Shown here: positions 36,716-48,419 of the stretch, piece by piece
Layout: each line of letters starts with the position of its first letter
How positions within the stretch are numbered: the stretch's first letter is position 1
DNA from: Octopus bimaculoides
Taxonomy: Eukaryota
Assembly: GCF_001194135.2 (NCBI RefSeq)
Contig: NC_068984.1
Location: 104,292,832 to 104,344,799 of the forward strand
DNA length: 51,968 nt
Direction of reading: 5' to 3'
Made by a program: the position numbers and the translations under genes
The notes under the pieces: generated by a model
Told to the model about the DNA's origin: nothing
Database searches by the model: none
The model's input: only the letters and a program-made list of their open reading frames with translations

Positions 36716-37665
36716 AACAACAAACAAGATGAGGACAAATATCCGTCAAATGTAAATAATGTAAATAATTCCTCATCTCTTAAATATAGAACTGTATCTC
36801 CTCTGTTATATATTTCTGGTTGACCATTATAACTTGCCCTAGTCTTTATCTAAACAGGATGTCTGCTCTTTTGTTTCTTGTACAAGAGGCACAGACCGTC
36901 CATTTATTGCCAACACCTCTGCATGGAGCGACTGATATACCATGGCTGATAATGTACTGAAGGTGTAACATCTTCAGAAATTCAAAGACAGTAAGCAGCT
37001 GTAGTTACCTTTTGTCAAGTACATTCTTGCTCAGTTCATCTTGTTGATGGAACTGCAATTCTGGATCAAGTCAAAAACAAAACTGGGTGGCTGGCATCTG
37101 GATTGTCAGCACTCAACCAGTCAGGCAATGTGGTTGGTGGAATCTTCACATAGAAGACTAGTGGTGAGAGAGATTATCAACATTTTTAGAGAAACTCTGG
37201 GCACTGATGAAAATCAACCATCTGGTTTGTTCTGGAAGCCCAGGGATTATAAATAACTTCCAGAAACCTCAATCTCTGGAGGTATGGAAGTGAGATGTGA
37301 GTAGAGTAACAAAACCATTCTGCATGTATTCATTGTTGACTGGTAATAGAGTTTTGTCAAACAGCTGATGTCATGCTTAGAACAGACATAACTATCAGCC
37401 AAGTCTATCCTGAAGATCACTCCACCTTCTTTTAACCTGGAAGATGATACCCCTTCCCTACAATTTAGTGCCATGTTAGAAATCATCATTTGGCAAGGTG
37501 GCAAACTTGAGTGCTGGAAAAATGCCTTCAGCATTTATTCTGGCTCTTTATATTCTGAGTTCAACCTTTAAGGGTTGATAAAATAAAGTATCAATCAAGT
37601 GCTGGGGCTGATAATATTGAGTATCTCCTTGTCTCAACAGTGCTAACTTCTATGACATGTAACAT

Positions 37666-38195
37666 CATTGGAGGACTGGCCAGGATGCCAGCATGCCCAA
37701 TGGCAAGTGGGCGCCTGCGCCATTAGAACCCATATATGGGGGCCCATCCCCTCAAGTTTGAGAATTTTTTATTCACTCCTGGAAGAATGCATTATTTGGA
37801 TCTTTGGGGTTTGACGGGCAACATTTGTTTTCTTAACGAAACACTTTCAAACTTGGGACACTGGTAGAATGTGTCATATAAAACAACAACTTCTCTTAAC
37901 CTTCCTAACAAATTTTTTACATAAAATAACTTCGAATACAAATTTTTTCATCTGTTCTATACCACAAAATATACAAATATTCGAAGTTTGAAAGTGTTTC
38001 GGTACCAAAAACACTACAAAAAAAATGTTGCCCGTCAAACCCCAAAGATCCCATTATTTTAGCCTGGATGTTTGTAGACAGTTGAAAAAATACTTCTAAC
38101 AAAAAAAAAAAAAAAAATTAAATGATAGCATTGTAGTTGCGGTTGGGCCCCGTAGTCTCCTGGCAACCAATATTTTTAGACCCAGTCCGCCACTG
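37666..38195. mobile_element. hAT-type MITE with 8-bp TSD
   Basis: Imperfect TIRs cattggaggactgg and ccagtccgccactg; TSD TGTAACAT at 37658-37665 and 38196-38203. Confidence 0.8.
37798..38051. mobile_element. Nested MITE with 28-bp TIRs and 8-bp TSD
   Basis: GGATCTTTGGGGTTTGACGGGCAACATT and its reverse complement; TSD CATTATTT at 37790-37797 and 38052-38059. Confidence 0.88.
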
Positions 38196-38609
38196 TGTAA
38201 CATCAACTGCACTATGAGATGTGACCAGCGCTGTCTTAAGGTATGGGCACATTGGGCTGTTGCCAGGGTGCCTCACTGGTTACAGGTCTAGGGGCCCCAA
38301 TTTTGATCTATGCTTTGACTTGCTACAAATATATAAACACTATAGGTTCCAGTGCATTGAATGTCCAAGGTCCTATTGTTACTAAGACGGCCTCGGATGT
38401 GACTACTGAGATTCCTATAGTAACACGAGTGAGATGAGAGTACTGTGACCTACTGCACATTTGTGAAACGTGATTACTACTTCTCTACATGTGATGTAAC
38501 AACTTACTTCTATGGAGATGCAAGTGCTGTGGCCCTTACAGCACCACGTGTAATGCAATATTCTTAACTGTATTTATACATCATAGAGTTACCTCCCTTA
38601 AAATACCAC

Positions 38610-39570
38610 ACCGACGCCCTTGGTTAATTCAAAGAAATTCTTTTTTATCGATGTTAAAAAATAATTTCACGAAATAAAAATATTATTAAATATAAGTGAA
38701 TTGGCTACACAAAAATATTTCGAGGACACTGTGTATGACGAAGACTCTTATTAATAAATTTCATGTTTCGACGCATTAAATTTAGCGGTCAACGTTCGTT
38801 CATTGATTAAACGGCAAGCACCACCACCACTTTGAGGAATGTCTGTCTGTGAAACTAAGGAAACATAGTATTCGAAATATGTATTAGCTTTAGGTTTAAA
38901 AAATTGCCTGAACATCTTATTGCAGAGAAGGGCAATAAAAAGGAGTGGGAAGAAGGAAACTTTTAAAATCGATGTTTATCAATTAATATTCAAAGATATC
39001 GAATTTGGAAGAAAGTAAAAGAAAACATATTCATGTTTACTGGTTTCACGTTGTTACGGATTCACAACTACATAAACAAACGTAGTTTATTTAACGAAGA
39101 GGGAAAATATTTAAAGGAAAAGACATACTTGTTCGAAGAAATTGTAAAATTCGTCCAGAAGCTACATTAAAAAATACTTCGTCATTTATGGTGAAACAGT
39201 CCGAAGTCAAAATGTTCACGCTTGTTATTATATAATTTCACAGCGCATATGTATAAAAAGAATACTGATAGATATATCAAATACACAACCAGATACTTTT
39301 TTTATAGTCTAAAGTTATTTCGATATTTTCCTTTCAGTTCGCTACTTGTATTAATCACGATCAGAAAAATCGATTTAAATATGGGATTACTTTTTTAAAG
39401 TTGCGGAGTGATACAATACCGAAGTACACCACTTCCGCTAGTAGACTCTACTACCCTAACTACTCTCTCGTAGCAAACAGTTCCACTTGGAATTCTGTCC
39501 ATTTTTCTTGCCATTGTCTTGGTTGATAAAAGAAATCACTCATTTAATCTGCTTTAGTATTAATTCGTTA
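38610..39570. promoter_or_regulatory. AT-rich CpG-retaining island; candidate CIAO1 promoter / first exon region
   Basis: About 34 CpG in about 960 bp by manual count, versus about 4 in 27600-29400. Non-repetitive; Ets-like ACTTCCG at 39431-39437. CIAO1 needs an upstream non-coding exon because of the acceptor at 29906. Confidence 0.6.
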
Positions 39571-39634
39571 TTTTTATTGATTGCTGTTTAGAACTATGCA
39601 TAATTATTCCCAAGAGCCTCTCAATTGATATATA

Positions 39635-40928
39635 CGAGGAGGTATCAAAAAGTTCCGGAACCAGGTTTGTAGCGCGCCAACAGATGACAGCATAGTGAGA
39701 GCTAGCAGTGACCTTCATGGGGCAGTGTGCCAAGTGACATTGCTGTATTTACTTCACAAGTTGTGGAATTTGTGCTTTTGTGTTCACGTTTATGCTGTAG
39801 TCTGCAATTTTGTCATGAACAAGAAGTTGGAACAAAGAGGCAACGTAGAATTTTGCGTTAAGCTTGCGAAGTCTGTAACAGAGACATCGAGCAAGTTTAC
39901 AGCAATGAGGTAATGGGTCGTACGCTATGTCTCGAGTGGCACAGGCGCTTCAAAAGTGGAAAAACATCCATGGAAGACGATGAGCGATCTGGAAAACCTG
40001 CCACGAGCGTCACCCCCTTAATGTGGAGAGAATTCATCAGCTTGTGCATGAGGATCGTCGGAGAACAATCAAAGACATCACTGATGTTGTTGGTCTGTCG
40101 TATGGGTGTTTGTAGGCAATCCTAACGTCTGAATCGAACAGGTAGCACGTCTCTGCTAAATATGTCTCCCACTTGCTGACCATTGAGTGGAAAGAAAATT
40201 GCTTTGAAGCCTAAGATCTCTGTCAGTGTGCTGCTGATGACTCACCCTTTATGTCGAAGATCATTACCGGTGATGAGAGTTGGGTCTATGACCACAACCC
40301 TAAGACGAAGTAGCAATCATCACAATGGAAGAGCCCTTTATCTCCATGACTCAAGAAAGCACGACAGACCCACAGCTCAATCAAGAGCATGCTCATCGTT
40401 TTTTTTCAACATTTGCAGTATTGTGCATTGAAAATTCATTCCCCAGGGCCAGACTGTCAATTGAGAGTTCTATTGTGCCATTTTGAAGCGTTTGAGGGAG
40501 GGCATTTGGTGAAAGCGACTGGATCTGTGGAGCACGAAGAATTGAATTCTTCATGACAATGCACCCTGCCACAAAGCTCTCCTCACTTGTGAGTTTCTTG
40601 CCAAAACCAGCATGGTATTGCTTCTTCACCTGCCTTCTTTGCCAGATTTAGCATCTGCAGACTTCCATCTCTTCCCCAAGAAAAGGATGCAGCTCAAAGG
40701 TTACCGTTTTAACACCATTGTTGAGATCCAGGTTGAACTGCAGAAGGTCCTTCTCTCGCTTATGGAATACAACTTCCAGGCCGGATTCCAAAAGTGGCAG
40801 GAATACTGAGACTAGTGTATTGTTGCACAAGGTGACTATTTTGAAGGAGATGTTAAAACTTATGTAAATAAGTTTTTTTAATTTTTTATTAAACATGACT
40901 AGTCTGGAGACTTTTTGATACCCCCTTG
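39635..40928 (+). mobile_element. Full-length decayed mariner (DD34D) element, 1294 bp
   Basis: TIRs cgaggaggtatcaaaaagt and actttttgatacccccttg, with TA on both flanks. The transposase relic reads MNKKLEQRGNVEFCVKL...EWHRRFKSG...IITGDESWVY...LHDNAPCH...PDLASADFHLFPK. Confidence 0.92.
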
Positions 40929-43180
40929 TAATGACCTTTTAGACATTATACCCCACCTGAAATTCCTTAAATCCTCTAATGCTTTCCAATGTAAACTTAG
41001 AGCAGACATCTGTAGACTTAGATCTTCTGATAGGACCCTTCTGTTCTCTGATAAGACTAAAAATCTATATAGAGTAAATAATGACACATATGCACAGCTA
41101 CTTAACAGCATTACACAAACATACAGGAGGGTTGTCCCTCAAACTTATGATAGCCTTAACTATGACACCAAGGATATTGTGGTTTAACTAGGTATAGAAG
41201 ACAGGGTAGAAACATTGTGAAGAAAGAAGCTGATAGTGGAAGGGGTAGAGCTAGGTTTACCCAATTCCATATAGTGGACTTCTACCCGTCTATACCAAGG
41301 GAACTCCTTTTCAAGGCGCTGGACTTCGTTAGGACCTACACTGAAGTTGGTGATGAGGACACATGCATTATCATGCATGCCAGAAGAACCTTACTTTTCA
41401 GTAACAGGTTGGCCTGGGTCAAACGAATTGACCCAGAAGACTCCTTCAATGTGGCAATGGGCGCTTTCAACAGCACTGATGTGTGTGACCTTGTTGGGTT
41501 TTTTTTTGTCCTATATGCACTAAAAAAAAAAGTTCCCTTCCACTAGCTTTGGCCTCTACAGGGATGACATGCTGGCAATATCAAGAGGGTTAAATGGCTA
41601 CATACTAGAAAACCTTAGAAAGGACCTCACCAGCACTGAAGGTCACAATAGAAACCAACCTGAAAATGATGGATTTCCTTGATGCGACTCTGGACTTGGA
41701 GTCCAGTGCCTATAGATCCTTTAGGAAGCCAAATGAGAAGCTACTATATATTAACACAGGTTCCTGTCATCCAGCCATAGTTTTCAAGAACTGGTAAAGG
41801 GCATCATCAGAAGAATCTCCAACCTGTCTTTACGCAAAGAGATTTTTGATGCTGCTGTCCCATACTACAATGAGGCTCTGGCTGCCAGTGGTTTCAAGGA
41901 TAGAATTAGTTACACACCAGACCCTAACCCTTCCAAGAAAAAACACCACTAGAAAGTGTTGTGGTTCACACTGCCCTTCTCTTTAAGTGTTAAAACCTGA
42001 GTAGGTAAGATTATTCCTTAGCTAAGTAGGCAAGCATTTCCACCATAGAAACAGGTTCAGCAAAATATTTAATAGGTACACCTTGCGAGTTTCCTTTAGC
42101 TGTGTACCTAATGTAAAAAAGATTATAGTGGATAGGCTCACACCTGAGACAGAGGCAAGATGCTCATGTAGGAGTGACACAACATGTCCTCTGAATGGAC
42201 ACTGTAACACGGAGACTGTCATATACAAGGCAGATGAAATAGCAATAGGACCAAATGGGCAACCAAACATGTGAAAATATGTGGGAGTAACTGAAGGCCC
42301 CTTCAGAACCTGCTATAACAACCACAAGTCCTCCTTCAACATCCTGGAGAGATGTAACACCACAAACCTAGCCATGCATGTATGGTCATTGAAGGAAAAT
42401 ACCATCAGGTACAGCACAAAGTAGAAGATTCTAGAGAAATGTAAAGCATACTTCAATAGCAGCAGGAAGTACAGATTATACCTGGCTGAGAAAAGAATGA
42501 TTTTAAAGAGCACCAAGCCATTTAGCTGAATAGCAGAAGTGAAATTTTTTAATCTTTGACCACATATAAGGAAGTACATCCTATCATACTTGCATGCCCC
42601 ATCCTGGCTATAATCATCAATCCTTCAACTTTGGCTCTCTACCAATACCAGGGAGTGCACCTACAAACAAACACGCATGTCCCAGCACAGCTGCACCCAC
42701 CCAATAGACTCTTTTCCACCACTCCCAATATAAGCCACCCCCATATCGTACCCCTGCACACACTGCTTGCATACCTAAATGCTCCACGAATTTAACCAAA
42801 AACATAAAAGAAAGGAAACACACTTACGAACACAGATTTGTATGCTCCCCACCTTGCAAAGGATTGATATATATAATACCACTACACACATTCCATTTCC
42901 ACAAGAACACCAACCTTAAAGACACATACATTTCCCACAAACTCTTTTCCAGAAAACCCTTGCAACAAAACCACCCCCAATATAATGATTTGATAACAAG
43001 GGTCATAACTCTTAACTTAATCCCCTGAATCCCCTGCTCTATTTGTTCCATCATCTTTTTCACTGCAACCACAAACTGGATGTTTCTATTCACCTTCAAC
43101 AATAGAGAGCAGTTGCCATGTTTCATTCCATAACAGCTACATCTGAAGAGTGCAGGCTTACATAACTGAACTGTTATCTA
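40929..43180 (+). mobile_element. 5'-truncated Penelope-like element (RT plus C-terminal GIY-YIG endonuclease)
   Basis: LLFSDKTKNLY, FHIVDFYPSI, MGAFNSTDVCDLVG and GLYRDD (41557-41568). CSCRSDTTCPLNGHC..VIYKA...YVGVTEGPF..YNNHKSSF marks GIY-YIG preceded by CxCx5C. Frameshifted. Confidence 0.88.
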
Positions 43181-43245
43181 ACACTCCATTGAATCCCTAG
43201 TGTGAAACTAATTGGTAATATCGGTTGTAATGGATATATAATGCT

Positions 43246-44225
43246 GTACACTTTGATTTATATAAAGTGTAGCTGCTAGAATAAGAATAGCCTGGGCAAA
43301 GTTCAGAGAGCTCCTACCTCTGCTGGTTTCAAAGGGCCTCTTGCTCAGAGTAAAAGGTAGACTGTACAATGCATGTATGCGAACAGCCATGTTACATGGC
43401 AGTGAAATATGGGCCATGACTGCTGAGGTCACGTGTAAGATTGCAACAAATAAAGCTAATATGCTCCGCTGGATGTGTAATGTCAGTGTGCATGCATGAC
43501 AGAGTGTAAGCACCCTGAGAGAAAAGTTGGACATAAGAAGCATCAGATGTGGTGTGCAAGAGAGATAACTGTGCTGGTATGGTCATGTGTTGCATATAGA
43601 TGATGACAGCTGTGTGAAAAAGTGCCACACCCTAGCAGTAGAGGGAACCTGTGGAAGTGGTAGGCCCAGGAAGACCTGGGATGAGGTGGTGAAGCATGAC
43701 TTTCAAACGTTGGGCCTCACAGAGGTGATGACAAGTGACCGAGACCCTTGGAGATATGTTGTGCTTGAGAAGACCCAGCAAGCCAAGTGAGACCGTAACT
43801 GTGGCCTATGCCAGTGCAGCATAACCAGCCCATTTAAGAGTACCCTTCAATCATCGGGCAATAAACTGTGTGTGCTAAGACCTGTTAAGTCAAGTGAAGT
43901 CATTGACATGGCCGATGCCAGTACCGCCTGACTGGCACCCATGCCGGTGGGACATAAAAAGCACCATTCTAGCGTGCCGGTGACACGTAAAAAGCACCAT
44001 TTGAGCGTGGTCATTGCCAGTGCCGCCTGACTGGCCCTCGTGCTGGTGGCATGTAAAAAGCACCCACTGCACTCTCAGAGTGGTTGGCATTAGGAATGGC
44101 ATCCAGCTGTAGAAACTTTGCCAGATCAGACAAAAGGCTGGTACAGCCTTCTGGCTTGCCTGTCCTCAGTCAAACCGTCCAACCCATGCTAGCATGGAAA
44201 GTGGACGTTAAACGACGATGATGAT
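43246..44225 (+). mobile_element. 3' end of an RTE-clade LINE with 3'UTR and (GAT)n tail
   Basis: ARIRIAWAKFRELLPLL...MLHGSE.W...GSGRPRKTWDEVVKHD, ending in ccaacccatgctagcatggaaagtggacgttaaacgacgatgatgat. Confidence 0.9.
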
Positions 44226-45643
44226 ATATATAACTATAGTTATTGCATTACTGAGTGATAGAAGTAAGATATTTATTAACGTCTTTTAGTTTTGAATTGG
44301 AATATAGTTTATTAATTTCTTCTGCTTTTTCTTGATAGGATATATATATATATATATGTATGTTTGTGTGTGTGTGTGTAATCCATTTAAATGTATGTTC
44401 TCAGCTTTAATAAGAAACTGTTTCTAACGTCTGTATTGATATTCCTATATACTTCTTGGTTATTAAGCTGCTTACTGTTGTCTGGCAGTTGTTAATTCCT
44501 TCATTAAGAGTAGGAAATGTTCCAGCTAATTTGCTTGACTCAAAATATCACTTTGGTTGTTTTATACTTAAACCCTCCCTTCCCCCAGAAAGATAGCAAA
44601 AAGGCCAAACAAAACAAATATAAGTCTATACTATTATTATAATATGAAAACACTATGATTATTTTTTTATCCTTCTAGAATTATTGTTTATTTACTATCA
44701 ATCTTTAATTTGTACCTATCACTGATATAAAAAATCAATATGAACTGCAACTCAGCCAAAACTTTCATCGGAAAATATTTTTCAAGTCATGAATATTTCT
44801 CAAATAATTTGGTGTTCTCCAATAGATTTTAAAATTTATTTTCTTTGTTCAGTAACCTTTCCCTTTACTCAAATAGCATATACAATACAACTTGAATTTT
44901 ATATTTTTCTCTTACTTAAAAGAATAGATTTAGTACTTGATTTGCAATGATATTGTTTTATCAAATAGATGCAAGTACAAGTTGTAGTTGATATATAATA
45001 ATAAAGATAAAATAGACAGATATAATTGCTATTTAGCTCTAGACAAGACAGTTGAACTTTAGAGGTCCTGGTATCAGGCACAGTTCCACATCAAATGTTA
45101 ATTTGTTTGTCCAGAATGGATTTTATAATTTATCTGATACAACAAAGCATCATTCTTGAAATAAAATTATGGTTTGGGTGGAAATTTATCTAGCGAAGAC
45201 CTAATTTTAACTACAATTTAAATGTTAAATATAATTGTCCACACTTCTGTTTTAATCATTACTGCTTTATGTGTCTCAAATTAATTAATTCCAACTTGAC
45301 AAAGCTTTGCACAAACCAGCAAATTTATCATTTGTCGTTTAAATATAAGAGCAACAGTTTTAATGGGCTATGAATGATGAATTTGGTGTCCAAAGCTGAT
45401 GAAGCATAATGATAGAGATGTGTCCTATGGCCCAATGATATCATTCTTATTCCTGTGTTATGTATTTCACACATATTTTCTAGAGGTTTTCACTGAGACA
45501 GTATCCGAGTGAAGATTGTTCCGTGTTTGAGTGTGCACAAATGTGTTATGTATAATTGTACACATCTACATTTTGACAAAAAGAAGGATCTCACAAAGGC
45601 CTTGTGAGAAGTCATTTTAAAGCTGAAATGAAAGACATTTTTA

Positions 45644-46867
45644 TGAGGGGTGTTCATTAAAGATTTCCCCTGACCCACTTCCCAAAGACTGGGATAAACG
45701 AAACTTGGCATAATTGTTAGTTCTCTGCATAGCCACCATCAATGGTGACACACTTCTACCATTGCTTTATGTTACTGTGGAGACCTCGTCTGTAGAAGTT
45801 GGTAGGTTGCGTCTGGAGCCAAGATTTTACCTTGAAAATAAGTTCATCCTCATTTGAATAGTGCTTCCCCTTAAAAAAAGACTTCATGATTGGAAAGAGG
45901 TGGAAGTCAGATGGTGTTAGGTTGGGAGAGGAAGGATTTCATAGCTGCAGGAGTGTGCTTTTGTCTGGGCAACATGCACATTGTGTACTGGGGCATTGTC
46001 TTGGAGGAGGCGAACTCTTTTGGTTAGCATACCATGCCTCTTTGCTTTGATGGTGTCCTGCAGTTTCTGCAGCAGAGAAGCATAATACTGTTAATTGTGG
46101 TGCCCTTTGGCAGAAAATCCATCATCACTATTCCGTGCTGGTCCCAAAAGACTGTGGAGGTGGTGAGTTATCATGCTTCCATTGCTTCAGTTGGACTTTA
46201 GTCCCAGGATCGTAGTGATGGTTCCACATTTCATCCTGTGTGAGAAGTCTGCCAAAGAAGTCCTCCTCGTTTTTTTTAGCAAATTGCCAAAAGAGCCTGG
46301 GAGCAATTGACACATTCCTGCTTCTGAAAAGATGTAAGCATCTGGGGAATCCATTGTTCAGACAACTTCCATATGTGTAAATGGTCGTGAATGATTTTTT
46401 CCACAGACCCTATACTTATCTTCACTTCTTGGGCTAGTTGCTGAATAGAGTTATGTGGTGATCCTCCAAAATTGCGGCTTCCACATTATAGACAGTGTTG
46501 CCATCAATGGCAGGGTGTAGTCATCCAGGAATAGGAGCAGTTTCCACCAATGTCCGACTACATTTGAACTGGTGATGCTAGTGCTTGAGTATGTTGTATG
46601 ACGGCACATTGTCACCTTAAACTTCTTTCATCTCACTGAAAGTCTCTTTTGGTGTTTGACCTTTCAAGTATAAGAACCTGATCATTGATCTGCATTCAAC
46701 TGCCTCCATTATAACACCTTAGTCCACTTCAGCAGCCATAACAGACAAATGAATACTAGTGGAAATCTGCAATTTACAATGAGACATGTATAATTATACC
46801 TGTACAAGTTCCATTTTCTGCAATAACCAAAAGTGGGCCAGGAGAAATCTTTAATGAACACCCCTCA
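45644..46867 (-). mobile_element. Decayed mariner (DD34D) element, about 1.2 kb
   Basis: TIRs tgaggggtgttcattaaagattt and aaatctttaatgaacacccctca. The minus strand reads LLTQDEMWNHHYDPGTKVQLKQWKH and PNLTPSDFHLFP. Confidence 0.88.
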
Positions 46868-47364
46868 CATATTGGGAACATTAACTTAAAATAGTGCACT
46901 GATGAGTGTTTTGTGAATCATACAGAGTCTGCTGATAACAGAAATACTCTCAAATATAAAGGTCAGCCTCTGAATTAAATTAGATGTTGACAACAATGGT
47001 AATGATTGAAATTTGCAAAGAATTGTTTTGAAGACAGCTCTTCTGAATCAGACATTAAAACCCTATGGTTTTGTTTAAGTATATTGATGGCATCATTATT
47101 TTTGAATGCACCAAAGGAATGCTTAAACTCTACTTGATCATGCGATCTCTATGTAATTTTATGCAACTCACTACAGAGAAGAAAACAACAACAAACTCCC
47201 ATTCCTTTGTGAACAAATTTGATGAACAGGAACAGGTGTCAGAACGTCTAGGTATAAAAAATAGCCTCTACATTCTCGCATTTGTTATTGAATCTTATTT
47301 TGAAAAGTTAAGAAAATATTTTTCCTGTATGTATAATAAATAAAAATATGTGATATAGATAAAA

Positions 47365-47389
47365 ACACACACACACACACATGCACACA

Positions 47390-47428
<39 letters not shown>

Positions 47429-47443
47429 AGATATACGCAATAT
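47365..47443. repeat. (CA)n microsatellite
   Basis: Direct observation. Confidence 0.95.
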
Positions 47444-47524
47444 AAATATAAAAGAAAAACTACTTGCACCAGTTGGCTTATAACAGGAAGTAAACTACTA
47501 TATAACTTAATAGTTGATATCTAT

Positions 47525-47740
47525 TAGGCAGCAAGCTGGCAGAATCATTAGCACACAGGACAAAACGTGTTGCAGCATTTCTTCTGTCTTTACATTCTCA
47601 GTTCAGATTCTGCCAAGGTCAACTCTGCTTTCCATTCTTTTGGAGTTGATGAAATAAGTACCAGTCAAGCATTGGGGTCAATGTAACAGACTAAACCCCC
47701 TCCTCCAGAATTTCAGGCCTTGTGGCTATAGTAGAAATGA
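47525..47740 (+). mobile_element. SINE (family of 29985-30200)
   Basis: ggcagcaagctggcagaatcattagcac...gttcagattctgccaagg...aaataagtaccagt. Confidence 0.8.
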
Positions 47741-48419
47741 TTACTTGATACCTATATTCATTCACAATTATAAGGCAGGGACAAGACCCAAATTAATTGT
47801 GACCCTACCCAATAAAATGCAAAAGAAATCTGTACATTATCTGAAGATCAGAATAGTTTTCAGGAGTAATACTATCACATGCAGATAGCCTACTACAAAG
47901 TTGAACATATTAAAGAATTGTATTTATAACATCAAGGTTAAAGATCACCCAACTACTCTGATCAGAGAGAGAGAGAGAGAGAACAGAAATATCGGAACAT
48001 ATATAGTGTATGAATATAAAAGTTTGTACTGTTATGAAACAAAATTTTGCTAATAGATAAAGGAACCAAAAGCAGAAAAAAAAAAGAAAAAAAATCATGG
48101 AAGCAAACTGTTAAAAAATAGTTCAACAGTTAAATCAGATAATTTGCTATTTTCCATCTTTTATTTTATTTTTTATGTATTAAGAATTGGTAAATTTCAA
48201 TAAACTTCTTTTTATTCTTAAAAGGATGTTTATCAACTTTATTTTCTTTTTGTTTAACCATTTCAAATCCATACATTCATCCGTCCACATCCACTGGTCA
48301 CAAAATGCATGATAAAAAAACGAACAAAAAAACCTACAATCATATTTGACATGGTGAACCGAATTTACTGATGCTAGCCTTTGTTAAAATGTGAGAAGTT
48401 TCCAACTTAGTTATTGGTA

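Larger units (their letters stand above)
36191..36794. mobile_element. Head-to-head inverted dimer of a tRNA-headed, hammerhead-containing element; 13-bp TSD
   Basis: Arms 36189-36453 and 36504-36765 are reverse complements with 5 substitutions and one 3-bp indel, separated by a 50-bp spacer. TSD TATCTCCTCTGTT at 36178-36190 and 36795-36807. Confidence 0.93.
34620..37540 (+). mobile_element. Decayed Tx1/L1-like LINE (APE plus RT), host of the SINE dimer
   Basis: YLDRI...LHKQRPGYWKL (APE end), PLSSFLYVLNLKPL and LAYMDIIVM (RT), AKIN*DKSVGLQLG, and VVNISSVIYFWLTI once the 36191-36807 insertion is removed. Confidence 0.75.

Noticed and set aside
45367-45436. C/D box snoRNA-like motif (ATGATGA...CTGA with gggcta/tggccc ends)
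   Set aside because: No terminal D box next to the 3' stem and no recognisable rRNA guide.
46880-47343. Unique-looking DNA with ORF 47065..47343 and a minus-strand acceptor-like site near 47327
   Set aside because: No recognisable protein, no clear donor or partner exon; cannot be supported as an exon.
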